Shown: positions 21,020-31,512 of the stretch, one piece after another
Numbering within the stretch: the first letter of the stretch is position 1
Layout: each line of letters begins with the position of its first letter
Source of the DNA: an uncultured Candidatus Actinomarina sp.
GTDB taxonomy: Bacteria > Actinomycetota > Acidimicrobiia > Actinomarinales > Actinomarinaceae
Direction of reading: 5' to 3'
DNA: 64,000 nt
Assembly (NCBI GenBank): GCA_902566515.1
Contig: CACFIX010000001.1
Coordinates: 32,220-96,219, forward strand
The notes under the pieces: model-generated
The model's database searches: none
What the model was told of the DNA's origin: nothing
What the model saw: the letters and a program-made list of their open reading frames with translations, nothing else
Position numbers and translations under genes: made by a program

Positions 21020-22114
21020 ATGAAAGATATAAATCTTAATAATTTCATAATAGAAAATTCTCTTGATATTCCAGTTGATGTTTCTATTGGAGTCGCATCA
21101 GTACCTACAGGCTTAAATTATTCTGATCAGATCAAAAAAGTAAAAGAGCAAAATCAACATGCGAACATGAAATTTACATTTTCTGATCCAGACTATTCAG
21201 GTCTTGTTGATAAATTTGATTGGGCAAATTCTGCCCTAATTTTTGCATATGATTACAAAAACAAGGTTAATTATTCAAATTTAACAAATAAAGGATACGG
21301 TCAGATAGCAAGATTTGCACAACAAGATTTTTATTTACCATTAAAAAAAATAATCAATCAATTTGAAGAAATATTTAATGACTTAAGTATCAAGCATCAA
21401 ACATTTATTGACAATCCAAAACACTACGATAGATCTTTTTTTGAAAAGTCTGGGATGGGATGGCAGGGTAAAAGTACAATGATGCTTAGTCCTGGTATTG
21501 GTCCATGGCAACTACTCGGAACAATTTATGTTGAAACTAATTTTCAGTCTACAGATGAAAGAACTTACTCATGTGGAGAATGCAACTTATGTCAGATTTC
21601 CTGTCCAACAGGTGCATTGGATAATGAATACAAACTAGATTCAAATAAATGTATATCGTATTGGCTTCAGTCGCCTGAAATAATTCCGTACGATATGAGG
21701 GAATCAATTGGAAATAGATTCTATGGTTGTGATGAATGTTTGATATCATGTCCACCTGGTCAAAGTAATAAAATTAAAATTAAAACAAAAAATGAATTTG
21801 AAGTAAACCTAGAAGAGTTACTTGAAACAAATGATGAAGTGTTACTCAAAAATTATTATTGGTTTTATATTCCTAAAAGAAATGTTGATTATTTAAAAAG
21901 AAATGCAGTAATTGCATTAACAAATAATCCTAATAAAAGTACTTTTAATTTTTTTTTGAAATTGTACACAAATTCTTCAGATTTTTTGAAGATTTATATT
22001 TTGTGGGGATTTTGGAAGTTAGGAAAAATTTTTGAAATAAGTAGTTTGCTTGATAATGAAGTAAATGAAAATTTAAAACTTGAATATGAAAAATTAAAAA
22101 GTATGACTTCATAG
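21020..22114 (+). CDS. queG: Epoxyqueuosine reductase
   Basis: [51 protein letters not shown]. Confidence 0.9.
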   Translation: MKDINLNNFIIENSLDIPVDVSIGVASVPTGLNYSDQIKKVKEQNQHANMKFTFSDPDYSGLVDKFDWANSALIFAYDYKNKVNYSNLTNKGYGQIARFAQQDFYLPLKKIINQFEEIFNDLSIKHQTFIDNPKHYDRSFFEKSGMGWQGKSTMMLSPGIGPWQLLGTIYVETNFQSTDERTYSCGECNLCQISCPTGALDNEYKLDSNKCISYWLQSPEIIPYDMRESIGNRFYGCDECLISCPPGQSNKIKIKTKNEFEVNLEELLETNDEVLLKNYYWFYIPKRNVDYLKRNAVIALTNNPNKSTFNFFLKLYTNSSDFLKIYILWGFWKLGKIFEISSLLDNEVNENLKLEYEKLKSMTS

Positions 22115-22137
22115 TTGAAATAATCTATTCTTATTCT

Positions 22138-23799
22138 ATGGAAAAAATATCTGATGACGTTACAAAAGGAGCTAGTAAATCTGCTGCTAGAGCGATGTTA
22201 AGGGCTGTTGGGCTGCAAGATGATGATTTTAATAAGTTTCAAGTAGGAGTTGTTTCGGCGGGTAATGAAGTTACTCCATGTAATTTGACAGGTCCAGAAT
22301 TATCTGAGTTTGCTAAAAAAGGCGTAAATGGATCTGATTCTGCTGCATTGATATTCTCTACAATTGCTGTTTCTGATGGTATTTCAATGGGTCATGAGGG
22401 GATGAGAGCATCTTTAGTTTCTAGAGAAGTAATTGCTGATTCAGTTGAATTGGTAATGCATGCAGAAAGATTTGATGGAATGGTGACAATTGCAGGATGT
22501 GACAAATCTCTTCCAGGAATGTTAATGGCTGCAGGAAGAATTAATCGTCCAGCAATATTTCTATATGGTGGAAGTAGTTTGCCTGGAGTTTACAACGGAA
22601 AAGATATATCAATAGTTGATGTATTTGAAGGTATAGGTGCTTTTGAAAAAGGAATCATCTCAGAAGAAGAACTTTACAATATTGAGTGTGCGGCTTGTCC
22701 TGGAGTAGGGTCGTGCGCAGGAATGTTCACTGCTAACACAATGGCGTCAGTTGGTGAAGCAATAGGAATGAGTTTACCTGGTACCGCTGCTATCCCAGCT
22801 GAGGATGCAAAGTTACGAGATGCTGCTGTTGAATCTGGAAAGCAACTCAATTATTTATTAAAAAATAATATAAAACCCAGTGATATTATGACTCATGATG
22901 CATTTACTAATGCTATCACAACCGTACTTGCTCTCGGTGGAAGCACAAATGCCGTACTTCACTTATTAGCTATTGCACATGAAACAGGGGTTGAACTATC
23001 GATCGATAAATTTGACGAACTTAGTAGAAACGTTCCTCACTTAGCTGATATGAAACCATTTGGAAAATATCATATGGTTAATTTAAATGAAATAGGAGGG
23101 GTTCCTGTTGTATCAAAAATACTTCTTGAAAATAAATTAATTAATCCGGATTGCATGACAGTTACTGGACGAACTATTGGTGAGAATCTTGAAAAAGTAA
23201 AAATTCCTAAAAACCAAAATGTCATTAGTTTTCCGGACAATCCTATATCAAATGAGGGTGGCATTGCAGTTCTTAAAGGTTCATTAAGTCCAAATGGATC
23301 AGTGGTAAAAACTGCAGGAATAGATATTAATACTTTCTCTGGACCCGCAAATGTTTTTGATTCTGAACAAGATGCTTTAGATGCTTTGTTTAATAACAAA
23401 ATTTCAAAAGGAGAAGTTATAGTTATTCGAAATGAAGGTCCTAAAGGGGGGCCAGGAATGAGAGAAATGCTGCAAATTACTGCCGCAATTAAAGGCGCAG
23501 GATTGGGTAAGGATGTTTTGCTAATAACTGATGGAAGATTTTCTGGAGGTACTACTGGTTTGTGTATTGGCCATGTTGCTCCAGAAAGTTTTGACAAAGG
23601 ACCTATTTCAGTATGTCAAAATGGAGATATCATCACTTTAGATATAGAAAATAGGTCTTTAAATTTAGATATTGAAAAAAATGAATTAGATGAGAGAATA
23701 AGTAAATTAAAATTGCCTCCTCCAAGATATAACTCAGGTGTTTTATACAAATATTCAAAGCTAGTTAGTGGTTCCGATAAAGGTGCTGTTACAAATTAA
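22138..23799 (+). CDS. ilvD: Dihydroxy-acid dehydratase
   Basis: [49 protein letters not shown]. Confidence 0.97.
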   Translation: MEKISDDVTKGASKSAARAMLRAVGLQDDDFNKFQVGVVSAGNEVTPCNLTGPELSEFAKKGVNGSDSAALIFSTIAVSDGISMGHEGMRASLVSREVIADSVELVMHAERFDGMVTIAGCDKSLPGMLMAAGRINRPAIFLYGGSSLPGVYNGKDISIVDVFEGIGAFEKGIISEEELYNIECAACPGVGSCAGMFTANTMASVGEAIGMSLPGTAAIPAEDAKLRDAAVESGKQLNYLLKNNIKPSDIMTHDAFTNAITTVLALGGSTNAVLHLLAIAHETGVELSIDKFDELSRNVPHLADMKPFGKYHMVNLNEIGGVPVVSKILLENKLINPDCMTVTGRTIGENLEKVKIPKNQNVISFPDNPISNEGGIAVLKGSLSPNGSVVKTAGIDINTFSGPANVFDSEQDALDALFNNKISKGEVIVIRNEGPKGGPGMREMLQITAAIKGAGLGKDVLLITDGRFSGGTTGLCIGHVAPESFDKGPISVCQNGDIITLDIENRSLNLDIEKNELDERISKLKLPPPRYNSGVLYKYSKLVSGSDKGAVTN

Positions 23800-23802
23800 T
23801 AG

Positions 23803-24570
23803 ATGATATTTATTTCAGACGTCCATCATCAATTAGAATTTTTAAAATTATTGCCAAAAAAAAATGAGCCTGTAGTTATATTAGGCGATTTAATCAATTG
23901 GATAGATTACAGAAATGGCAATGGCATAGCCAAAGAGGTATTTGGATTAGAAAACGTGCAGAAGCTTATTAATTTAAGAAAAGAGCACAGATTTGAAGAA
24001 AGAAAAGATTTATGGAAAAGTTTATACTCTGATGATCCAGAAATGATTATGAAAAATATGAGAGATGCTATTGAAAATCAATATGAAGAAGTTTTTAAGA
24101 TTTTAAAAAAATATCACGTATGGTTTATTCCTGGGAATGTAGATGACGTTGAGATTATGAATAGCTACACGTCATCTACTATAAAAAATGTTGATGGTCT
24201 TTTAATTGAACATCAAGGCACTAAATTAGGTTTTGCAGGAGGGGGAGTACCTACTCCTATCAACGCAAGAGGAGAAATTAGTGAAAATGAATTTTCAAAA
24301 AAATTAAATAAGCTTGAACAGGCTGAAATTATTTGTACCCATGCACCACCGTATGTAGATGAATTAATGACAGATGTAGTTACAAATAAAATAGAACAGG
24401 GATGGAAAAGTCTGCTAGATTTTATAAATACAAATCATCCTAAATTTGCGCTTTTTGGAGATGTTCATCAACCTAAAGCTTCTACTTGGATAATAAACAA
24501 TACAAAATGTATTAATACTGGTTACTTTAGAGCCACTAACCAATATTTAGAATTATCATCAATAATATAA
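23803..24570 (+). CDS. Metallophosphoesterase (calcineurin-like)
   Basis: SDVH, LGDL, PGNVD, THAPP, FGDVH. Confidence 0.88.
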   Translation: MIFISDVHHQLEFLKLLPKKNEPVVILGDLINWIDYRNGNGIAKEVFGLENVQKLINLRKEHRFEERKDLWKSLYSDDPEMIMKNMRDAIENQYEEVFKILKKYHVWFIPGNVDDVEIMNSYTSSTIKNVDGLLIEHQGTKLGFAGGGVPTPINARGEISENEFSKKLNKLEQAEIICTHAPPYVDELMTDVVTNKIEQGWKSLLDFINTNHPKFALFGDVHQPKASTWIINNTKCINTGYFRATNQYLELSSII

Positions 24571-25478
24571 TGAATTGTTTATCTTTTGACGTTGGAGGCA
24601 CAACAATAAAATATGGAGTTATAAACAATAGTTATGAAGTCATTCACAAAGATAAAATCCCCACCCCCAAAGATGAAGGAAAGTTTATAGAGTCGCTCTC
24701 AGAAATTATTCAAAAAAACATTAATAACATTTCAAAAGTATCTGTAGGAATGCCAGGATACGTAAATGTAGCAAGTAAAAAATATTTGTACGGTCCGCAT
24801 TTACCATTTGAAATTGATTTTTCAAAATTATCAAATTTTTCAGACTACGAATTTTATCTAGACAATGATGGAAATGTTGCAGCTTATTGTGAATATTTTT
24901 TAAATTATAAAAATAAATACTCAAATTTGATTATGTTAACTTTTGGTACAGGGGTCGGCGGGGGAATAATTTCTGAAGGTAGTTTGTTAAGAGGAAGCGG
25001 AAATGCAGGAGAGGTTGGGCATATGCTCACTTCAAATGATAGAGATATTGAGGGCGATAGTGGAAAGAAAGGTAGTTTTGAGACATCAGTTGCAGCATCA
25101 GTATGGACCAAAAAATGTCACGAATTAACTGAAAAAAATCAAGATTCGGAACTTGCTAAAGCATTTGCTTTAAAAAATATTGGTTCAGTACTTTTCGATA
25201 CTACATTAAACTTAACGGACCAAGAAGCCACTGTAAGAGATGAAATAATTCAAAATATTTCAAATGGACTTTTAAGCTTATTTGAAATATTTGACAATGA
25301 AGCTTTTATTCTTGGCGGAAGTATGTCCTCTGAACCTTTTGATTTAATCGATCTTATACAAATCGATATTAAGAACAGATACAAATTTCCTTCTAGAACT
25401 TTTCCTGAAGTATTTATTGCTTCACAAGGAGAAGATTCTGGGATAATTGGTGCTGCAGCATTAGCGTTTGATGAATAA
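24570..25478 (+). CDS. ROK family sugar kinase (glucokinase-like)
   Basis: DVGGT, NDGNVAA, FGTGVGGG, AGEVGH, LGG, GIIGAA. Confidence 0.88.
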   Translation: MNCLSFDVGGTTIKYGVINNSYEVIHKDKIPTPKDEGKFIESLSEIIQKNINNISKVSVGMPGYVNVASKKYLYGPHLPFEIDFSKLSNFSDYEFYLDNDGNVAAYCEYFLNYKNKYSNLIMLTFGTGVGGGIISEGSLLRGSGNAGEVGHMLTSNDRDIEGDSGKKGSFETSVAASVWTKKCHELTEKNQDSELAKAFALKNIGSVLFDTTLNLTDQEATVRDEIIQNISNGLLSLFEIFDNEAFILGGSMSSEPFDLIDLIQIDIKNRYKFPSRTFPEVFIASQGEDSGIIGAAALAFDE

Positions 25479-26151
25479 AAAAAATTCTTTACTACTCCCA
25501 CCACAATTTTTTGAGAATGATTCTGATAAAAAAATAAGGTCTATTCTTGATTTCGGTGTTGATGCACTGTATCTTTTTGATCATTTTAAAAATCCCACAG
25601 ACTCAATTAAGCCAACTTATATATTTACTGAAGAAATCTTTAGCTTATATAAAAAAGTAAAAAATGAAATTGAAGTTGGTGTTTGTGTATTGAATGTTAA
25701 TTCAAGAGATTTAAATATATTATTTAAAGATATTATTGATCCTCTTCTTGAGCTTAAAAATATAAATATAGGTTTAGGTACTGGTGATAACAAATATGAA
25801 AAGCATGATGAGATATTTGATAATGATATTGAGGTAGTTATTAACTATATTTTGCAAAATAATAATTTTATTTCAAATAATTCAACATTATTTATCGGAG
25901 GAAATTCACGATCTAAATTAGATTTAGTACAAAAGTACAATTTAGGGATTAATCAGTGGATGGGTTCCGATTCTGATTTTATAGATAAACAAAACGTATA
26001 TAAAAATTTAATAAATCCCATAGGGAGACTTTCAAGATGTGTTACTAATAAAAAGATATATGAATTTGATTACGAGAAAATATTCGTTGTAAAAGATTCT
26101 AATTTGAAGATTTTTCATGAAACTATAGATAATATTTTTAAAAATGACTAA
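25471..26151 (+). CDS. Short, divergent LLM (luciferase-like) fold protein
   Basis: GVDALYLFDH, VGVCV, IGLGTG and LFIGG occur in LLM order; about 100 aa shorter than usual. Confidence 0.55.
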   Translation: MNKKNSLLLPPQFFENDSDKKIRSILDFGVDALYLFDHFKNPTDSIKPTYIFTEEIFSLYKKVKNEIEVGVCVLNVNSRDLNILFKDIIDPLLELKNINIGLGTGDNKYEKHDEIFDNDIEVVINYILQNNNFISNNSTLFIGGNSRSKLDLVQKYNLGINQWMGSDSDFIDKQNVYKNLINPIGRLSRCVTNKKIYEFDYEKIFVVKDSNLKIFHETIDNIFKND

Positions 26152-27316
26152 ATACTCAAACAATTTAATTGATAACTTTCCTGATTATTTGTTTAATAAA
26201 ATTAATCAGCAAAAACTAGCTTTGCGTCAAAGTGGTGAGGATGTTATTGATCTGGGCTATGGGAATCCTGATATTCCCTCTCATGAATTAGTTGTAGAAA
26301 AATTAATTGAGTCTGCTCAAATAAAAAAGAATCATAAATACTCTGTTTCAAAAGGCATTCATGGTTTACGAAATGCTATTGCAAATAAATATTTGAGGGA
26401 ATACGAAATTAATTTAGATCCAAGTAAAAATGTTGTAAATACAATTGGTAGTAAGGAAGGATTGACTCACTTACTAATGTCTATAATAAACAAGGGTGAT
26501 AATGTTGTTGTTCAGGACCCTAGTTATCCTATTCATCATTATGCTCCATTAATTGCTGGTGCAAATGTAATTAAAATTGAATGTTTAAGTAGTGAAAATT
26601 TTTTAAATAATTTAAATACAACTTTAACAAGTCAAAAAGTTAAAGCAGTGCTTGTATCATTTCCACACAATCCAACTACGTTAACAGTAAATCAAGAGTT
26701 TTATGACGAACTTGTGAATCTTGCACGAAGATATAATTTTTTGATAATAAATGATTTTGCTTATTCGGATATATATTTTAATGAAGAAAAACCCCCATCT
26801 TTATTAAATTCTGATCCACAATTTGACCACACAGTAGAACTTTATTCACTCACTAAAGGTTATTCTATGGCTGGATGGAGAGTTGGCTTTGCCGTTGGTA
26901 ACGAAAGCGCTATAAGTTCTCTTACAAAACTTAAATCTTATATCGACTATGGAACTTTTCAACCAATACAAATTGCATCAACAGTTGCTATAAATGAATT
27001 AGACGATTATCCAAAAGAAGTATCTTCTATTTATCAGGATAGAAAATTATTGGCAGAAGAGTATTTAACAAAATATGGATTCGAAGTCTATAAAAGTACT
27101 GCAACAATGTTTTTATGGGCGAAACTACCTGACATATATAAAAATGATTCTATGAAATTTTCAATTGACCTGCTTTCTAAATCTAATGTTGCAGTTTCTC
27201 CAGGTGTTGGTTTTGGAAACTTTGGAGAAGGACATATAAGACTTGCTTTGGTTGAGAACAAACAACGTATAAGGCAAGCAATGAAAAATTTTGCAAAAAT
27301 AATTGATAGTGTTTAG
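26144..27316 (+). CDS. alaC: PLP-dependent class I/II aminotransferase, AlaC-like
   Basis: DLGYGNPD, GSKEG, PHNPT, DFAY, SLTKGYSMAGWRVG, KSYIDYGTF. Confidence 0.75.
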   Translation: MTKYSNNLIDNFPDYLFNKINQQKLALRQSGEDVIDLGYGNPDIPSHELVVEKLIESAQIKKNHKYSVSKGIHGLRNAIANKYLREYEINLDPSKNVVNTIGSKEGLTHLLMSIINKGDNVVVQDPSYPIHHYAPLIAGANVIKIECLSSENFLNNLNTTLTSQKVKAVLVSFPHNPTTLTVNQEFYDELVNLARRYNFLIINDFAYSDIYFNEEKPPSLLNSDPQFDHTVELYSLTKGYSMAGWRVGFAVGNESAISSLTKLKSYIDYGTFQPIQIASTVAINELDDYPKEVSSIYQDRKLLAEEYLTKYGFEVYKSTATMFLWAKLPDIYKNDSMKFSIDLLSKSNVAVSPGVGFGNFGEGHIRLALVENKQRIRQAMKNFAKIIDSV

Positions 27317-28535
27317 AAAATTTTTATCTGAATTATTTTTCAATACCTCTTTAGGTAGTGGTTTTTATTCAGATCTATCTTCAGGAACAATTGCAGTATT
27401 AATTATTTTTACAATTTTGAGCTTCCTATTAATCAAGTTTTCAGAATATATAAAAGTTGAATTTCTTTTTGGCTTAGGCTTGCTATTAAGTTCTATAACA
27501 ACAATTAATGTTTTAAGGTACAAGCCGTATGGTGGTGATGCAAAGATTTATTGTGATTTAACTTTTCTATCAAAATCAAGTAATTTATCAATATATGATG
27601 TTGAATATAAGTACACCTTTAATTACCCACCTATTTTTAGGCAAATATTAGATTTTTTCTGTGATTTTGGATACCAAACAAAATACTTCTTCTTTTTACT
27701 TCCTGCTTTGATTCTATTTTTATTAATTTTAAGATATGAAAACAGAAATGCTTTTATAAGCTCTGTGTATTTATTTGGAGCTTTTCTAGCTCTTCGATGG
27801 GTTCTTAAGACTGGAAACTTTGTTATGTTGGAGTTAGTATTTCTAATTTTGTTTGTTTGGAATTACAAAAAGAAAAGTCATTTAACGTATTTGTTTTTGA
27901 TTCTTTTTGGAATTCAAAGAATTTGGTTTCTTTTACTAGTTCCGATTCTTCTTTACTTGGACAATAATAATTTTTCTAAAAAAGTAAAAACAATAATTTT
28001 TACTTCACTGTTTGCGATGTTAGTAAATATTAATTCTTTTAATGAATTTTTAAGGAGTATTTTCGATTCAAATTCTCAATATAACATTTTGAGAGAAGTA
28101 CCTGGTCACAATACGCCTTCAATATATTTAGGTCTATTAGACATAATTAATATTGATTCAAATTTATTTTTACTTATTATATATGTCTTAGTTGGTATCT
28201 ATATTTTGTTTTTAATTTTAAGAAAATTCAAAATGTCTGCTGATATAAAACTTATAACAACTTTCACTTCAGTTTTACTTATCAATCCTTATCTAAAGCC
28301 TTATCATTTTATATTTATTGTTCCTTGTTTATTACTAGTTAGTGATTCTTTTCTTAAAGATAAGAGAAGCATTATCACTGCAATTATTATGCCAAATTTG
28401 TTTTGGATAATATTTTCAAACTTATCTTCAGGCACCTCTATAGGATTTTTTCAATTATCGTTTATAATTGCATTTATCATTAATCTCATATCTTTAGATA
28501 AGGAAAAAAATGAAATTGATCGATTTAAGATCTGA
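27303..28535 (+). CDS. Polytopic membrane protein, probable GT-C/GT87 (DUF2029) glycosyltransferase
   Basis: GDAKIY...FNYPP, GN, HNTPS and PYH motifs; about 11 TM. Confidence 0.55.
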   Translation: MIVFRKFLSELFFNTSLGSGFYSDLSSGTIAVLIIFTILSFLLIKFSEYIKVEFLFGLGLLLSSITTINVLRYKPYGGDAKIYCDLTFLSKSSNLSIYDVEYKYTFNYPPIFRQILDFFCDFGYQTKYFFFLLPALILFLLILRYENRNAFISSVYLFGAFLALRWVLKTGNFVMLELVFLILFVWNYKKKSHLTYLFLILFGIQRIWFLLLVPILLYLDNNNFSKKVKTIIFTSLFAMLVNINSFNEFLRSIFDSNSQYNILREVPGHNTPSIYLGLLDIINIDSNLFLLIIYVLVGIYILFLILRKFKMSADIKLITTFTSVLLINPYLKPYHFIFIVPCLLLVSDSFLKDKRSIITAIIMPNLFWIIFSNLSSGTSIGFFQLSFIIAFIINLISLDKEKNEIDRFKI

Positions 28536-29541
28536 TACAGTCACTAAACCTGACAAAAATATAATTGAGGAGGCTTTACAAGCTGAATTAGGAGATGATG
28601 AGTATGGTGAAGATCCTACTGTAAATAATCTTCAAGAAAAATGTGCAGAACTCTTAGGTTTTGAAAGTGGCCTTTTTGTTTCTTCTGGGCTTATGGGAAA
28701 TCAAATCTCACTACTAATACACAATTCACCTGGTACTGAAGTTATTACAACATCTGATTCACATATTAAAAATTATGAACATGGTGCAGCTTCATTTCTC
28801 TCTAGAGTTCAATTTAGAGAAATAGATCATAAAGATGGGGCGTTAAATTTAGATTCAATAAAAAGTGTTTATGAAAAATCAAAAGTACATAAACCTCAAA
28901 TTAAGACTATCGCACAAGAAAACACTCATTTAGCTTCAGGAGGGTCGGTAGTTTCTTATAACCATCTTGCTGAAGTTCATTCTTTTGCAAAAGAAACAGG
29001 TATAAATATACATATAGATGGAGCAAGATTATGGCATGCAATACTAGGTGAGGGATCTACAACAAATTATGGAAATATTTCTGACAGTTTGACTTTTTGT
29101 TTTTCAAAAGCATTGGGTGCTCCTATAGGTTCAATGCTTCTTGGCAGTAAGGAATTTATTACAAAAGCCAGAGAGTACCGAAAAATACTTGGAGGCGGAA
29201 TGAGACAAGTAGGAGTAATAGCTTCAATGGCAAATAAATCACTAGATTTACGGGAAAGAATATTAGAGGATCACCAAAAAGCTAAAGATGTTTTTGATTT
29301 TATAAGTGAAAAACAAGAATTTGATGACTTTTTTAAAGCAGAATATAAAAATACAAATATGATATTTCTTAAATTTAGTGATGGAACAGATTCTCAAAAT
29401 TTTATAAAAAACCTAGAAAAAGAAGGTGTGCTATCAGGATTAATAAATGATAAAACGGTTAGACTAGTTTTTCACAAGGATGTTTCAACTGATGATTTGG
29501 TACATGTAAAAGAGAAAATTTATTCCTCTTCATTAATTTGA
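28510..29541 (+). CDS. ltaE: Low-specificity L-threonine aldolase
   Basis: DLRSDTVT, GDDEYGEDPT, ENTH, HIDGARL, FSKALGAPIGS, GGGMRQ. Confidence 0.93.
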   Translation: MKLIDLRSDTVTKPDKNIIEEALQAELGDDEYGEDPTVNNLQEKCAELLGFESGLFVSSGLMGNQISLLIHNSPGTEVITTSDSHIKNYEHGAASFLSRVQFREIDHKDGALNLDSIKSVYEKSKVHKPQIKTIAQENTHLASGGSVVSYNHLAEVHSFAKETGINIHIDGARLWHAILGEGSTTNYGNISDSLTFCFSKALGAPIGSMLLGSKEFITKAREYRKILGGGMRQVGVIASMANKSLDLRERILEDHQKAKDVFDFISEKQEFDDFFKAEYKNTNMIFLKFSDGTDSQNFIKNLEKEGVLSGLINDKTVRLVFHKDVSTDDLVHVKEKIYSSSLI

Positions 29542-29759
29542 TTCCATTCAGTAATAGATTTTTCTGAGAGATTAACCAAAATCATAGTTCCCATTAAAGA
29601 CGAAAGATTAACCACAAATATATATAGAGCTATATCATTAAAGCAATCACCATTAGAATCAGCTAAACAGAATGCATTTCCTAAAAGATAACCTATATAA
29701 GTAGAAAATAAAATAACTATAGAAAAAATTAAAAAACGTGTTTTGTTGCTAAATCTCAT
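29520..29759 (-). CDS. Small two-TM hypothetical protein with Cys pair
   Basis: 79-aa ORF filling the gap; two hydrophobic helices around CLADSNGDC. Confidence 0.6.
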   Translation of the reverse strand: MRFSNKTRFLIFSIVILFSTYIGYLLGNAFCLADSNGDCFNDIALYIFVVNLSSLMGTMILVNLSEKSITEWNQINEEE

Positions 29760-29782
29760 ATTTATATTAACTTTAGCTTATT

Positions 29783-30007
29783 ATGAATTTTCCTAGTCCT
29801 TGGATAACGATTTTAACTTTTGTTGCAATATTTTTTTCGGGTTTCTTTTCTTTTATGTTTAGCAAAAAGACTGTGGAGTTTTATTTATCAAAAGTTGAAA
29901 CTAAATTTTTGAAATCTTTAGAACCGCTTATTGGATCAATTGGTTTTGTCTCTTCATTTGGATTAAGTTTATTAATTTTATATTATTTTATAATTCAAGT
30001 AAGTTAA
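29783..30007 (+). CDS. Small two-TM hypothetical protein
   Basis: 74-aa ORF filling the gap; two hydrophobic helices. Confidence 0.6.
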   Translation: MNFPSPWITILTFVAIFFSGFFSFMFSKKTVEFYLSKVETKFLKSLEPLIGSIGFVSSFGLSLLILYYFIIQVS

Positions 30008-30016
30008 ATAACCTAA

Positions 30017-30562
30017 CTAGATCAAGGTGCGTATTTTATTATTATCAATAAATTGAATTTCACAATTTTTAGGTCTATTCATTGAAAAATTTTCGTCATT
30101 TGTAAAAAAATATGTAAAAGCTCTTATTGTGTCTTGATGAGAGACAAATAATGTATTCACATTATTTTTATATTCTATAGCAACTCTTTCATATACACTT
30201 TTTAATGTCTCCTCAACGGGACTCAAATCTAAAGATGATTTTCTCTCTGAATATCCTTGTGAAGATTTAATCTCTTCAATTGTCTTTCCTATCCAGTTGT
30301 TAATCCCAGTCCACTCTGTCAGATTATTTGAAAAGAATATAGGAATTTTTAAAATTTCAGAGATAATTGAAGAAGTTTCGCGTGCTCTTAATAGGGGAGA
30401 TGTAATAATTTTTTCAATTTTTTTATTGCTATTTTTTAATAATTTTCCAGCTGCATCACTCTGCTCTTTCCCCCGGTCACTTATTTGAAATCCTGGTAAA
30501 TTAGCATATTGAATATTTTTCTTATTTAGTACTTCAGCATGTCTTAAAAATAAGTTTGTCAT
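30017..30562 (-). CDS. Histidine phosphatase family protein
   Basis: LRHAE, SPLLRARET, LTE, VSHQD; start moved to ATG 30562 (MTNLFLRH). Confidence 0.88.
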   Translation of the reverse strand: MTNLFLRHAEVLNKKNIQYANLPGFQISDRGKEQSDAAGKLLKNSNKKIEKIITSPLLRARETSSIISEILKIPIFFSNNLTEWTGINNWIGKTIEEIKSSQGYSERKSSLDLSPVEETLKSVYERVAIEYKNNVNTLFVSHQDTIRAFTYFFTNDENFSMNRPKNCEIQFIDNNKIRTLI

Positions 30563-30600
30563 AAATTTAGCGTAGTGTGGTAAATGATTAAAATCTACAT

Positions 30601-30948
30601 ATGGCGTTAAACAAAAAAGAACAAGAAATTTTAAACCAAATTGAGCAAGAACTTTTGAAAGAAGATCCTGAACTTGCGAACACAGTAAAAGAATCAACTC
30701 TTTCCAAATACACAAGAACAAGAGCTGTTGTTTCATTTTTTATTTTTTGTATTGGCTTTTTAACTATGTTTAGTACCTATATCATTCAACCAACTTTAGC
30801 CTTAGCAGGTTTTGTTATTATGGCATTGTCTGCATACATTTTTGTATCCAATACAAGAGCACTTTTAAGCGCTGAAAATATTTCTGAATGGAATTTCAAA
30901 CAGGTATATAAAATTTTAAGAAACAAAGATACCTCTAGACAAAATTAA
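30601..30948 (+). CDS. DUF3040 family membrane protein
   Basis: MALNKKEQEILNQIEQELLKEDPEL plus two TM; typical neighbour of actinobacterial mraZ. Confidence 0.85.
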   Translation: MALNKKEQEILNQIEQELLKEDPELANTVKESTLSKYTRTRAVVSFFIFCIGFLTMFSTYIIQPTLALAGFVIMALSAYIFVSNTRALLSAENISEWNFKQVYKILRNKDTSRQN

Positions 30949-30998
30949 ATCTTTAAATTAAATTAGATATACATCGATTTTTTTATAGGAGTAAGGTT

Positions 30999-31490
30999 TT
31001 GAAAAAAGATGCATTTACATCTAAGCAAGCTTGTTATTTATCTGGCTGTACATCTCACCAATTAAGGTATTGGGACAAAGTGAATCTTGTTAACCCTTCA
31101 ATACAATCATCAAATGGAAAACCCGGTGTTCCAAAGATGTATTCTTTCAGAGATATTGTTGCATTAAGAGTAATTAAAACTTTACTTGATAATGGAATGA
31201 GTATTCAAAGAGTAAGAAGAGCTTGGAGATACTTATCAAAAAATGGAGATTTGACCCAACATTTGACCGAAGTTAAATTAGTTTCTGACGGAAGCACAAT
31301 TTATTCTGTAGGTGATGAAGAGGTGTTCGATGCTCTTAAAAATGGACAACTTACATTTTTTGAGACAATTGATAGTATTACAAAAGAAGTTAAAGAAGAT
31401 GTATCAAAATTTGAATTAGATAAAGAAAGATTTTTAAATTTATTGACTAAAGTAGAGGATGATGTACTTAGTCAACAATTGCAAGCATAA
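30999..31490 (+). CDS. MerR-family regulator, Rv1830/McdR-like
   Basis: QLRYWD..LV.PSI...MYSFRDIVALRVIKTLLDNGMS and LVSDGSTIY...GQ; AGGAG RBS before TTG. Confidence 0.85.
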   Translation: MKKDAFTSKQACYLSGCTSHQLRYWDKVNLVNPSIQSSNGKPGVPKMYSFRDIVALRVIKTLLDNGMSIQRVRRAWRYLSKNGDLTQHLTEVKLVSDGSTIYSVGDEEVFDALKNGQLTFFETIDSITKEVKEDVSKFELDKERFLNLLTKVEDDVLSQQLQA

Positions 31491-31512
31491 AATTTTTACC
31501 TCATATTAATTT

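Noticed and set aside
30563..30736. N-terminal extension of the histidine phosphatase ORF
   Set aside because: Overlaps DUF3040 antisense; the RH motif and -10 element support a start at 30562
30945..30975. AT-rich dyad upstream of the MerR gene as an autoregulatory site
   Set aside because: Almost only A/T and imperfect; cannot be distinguished from chance
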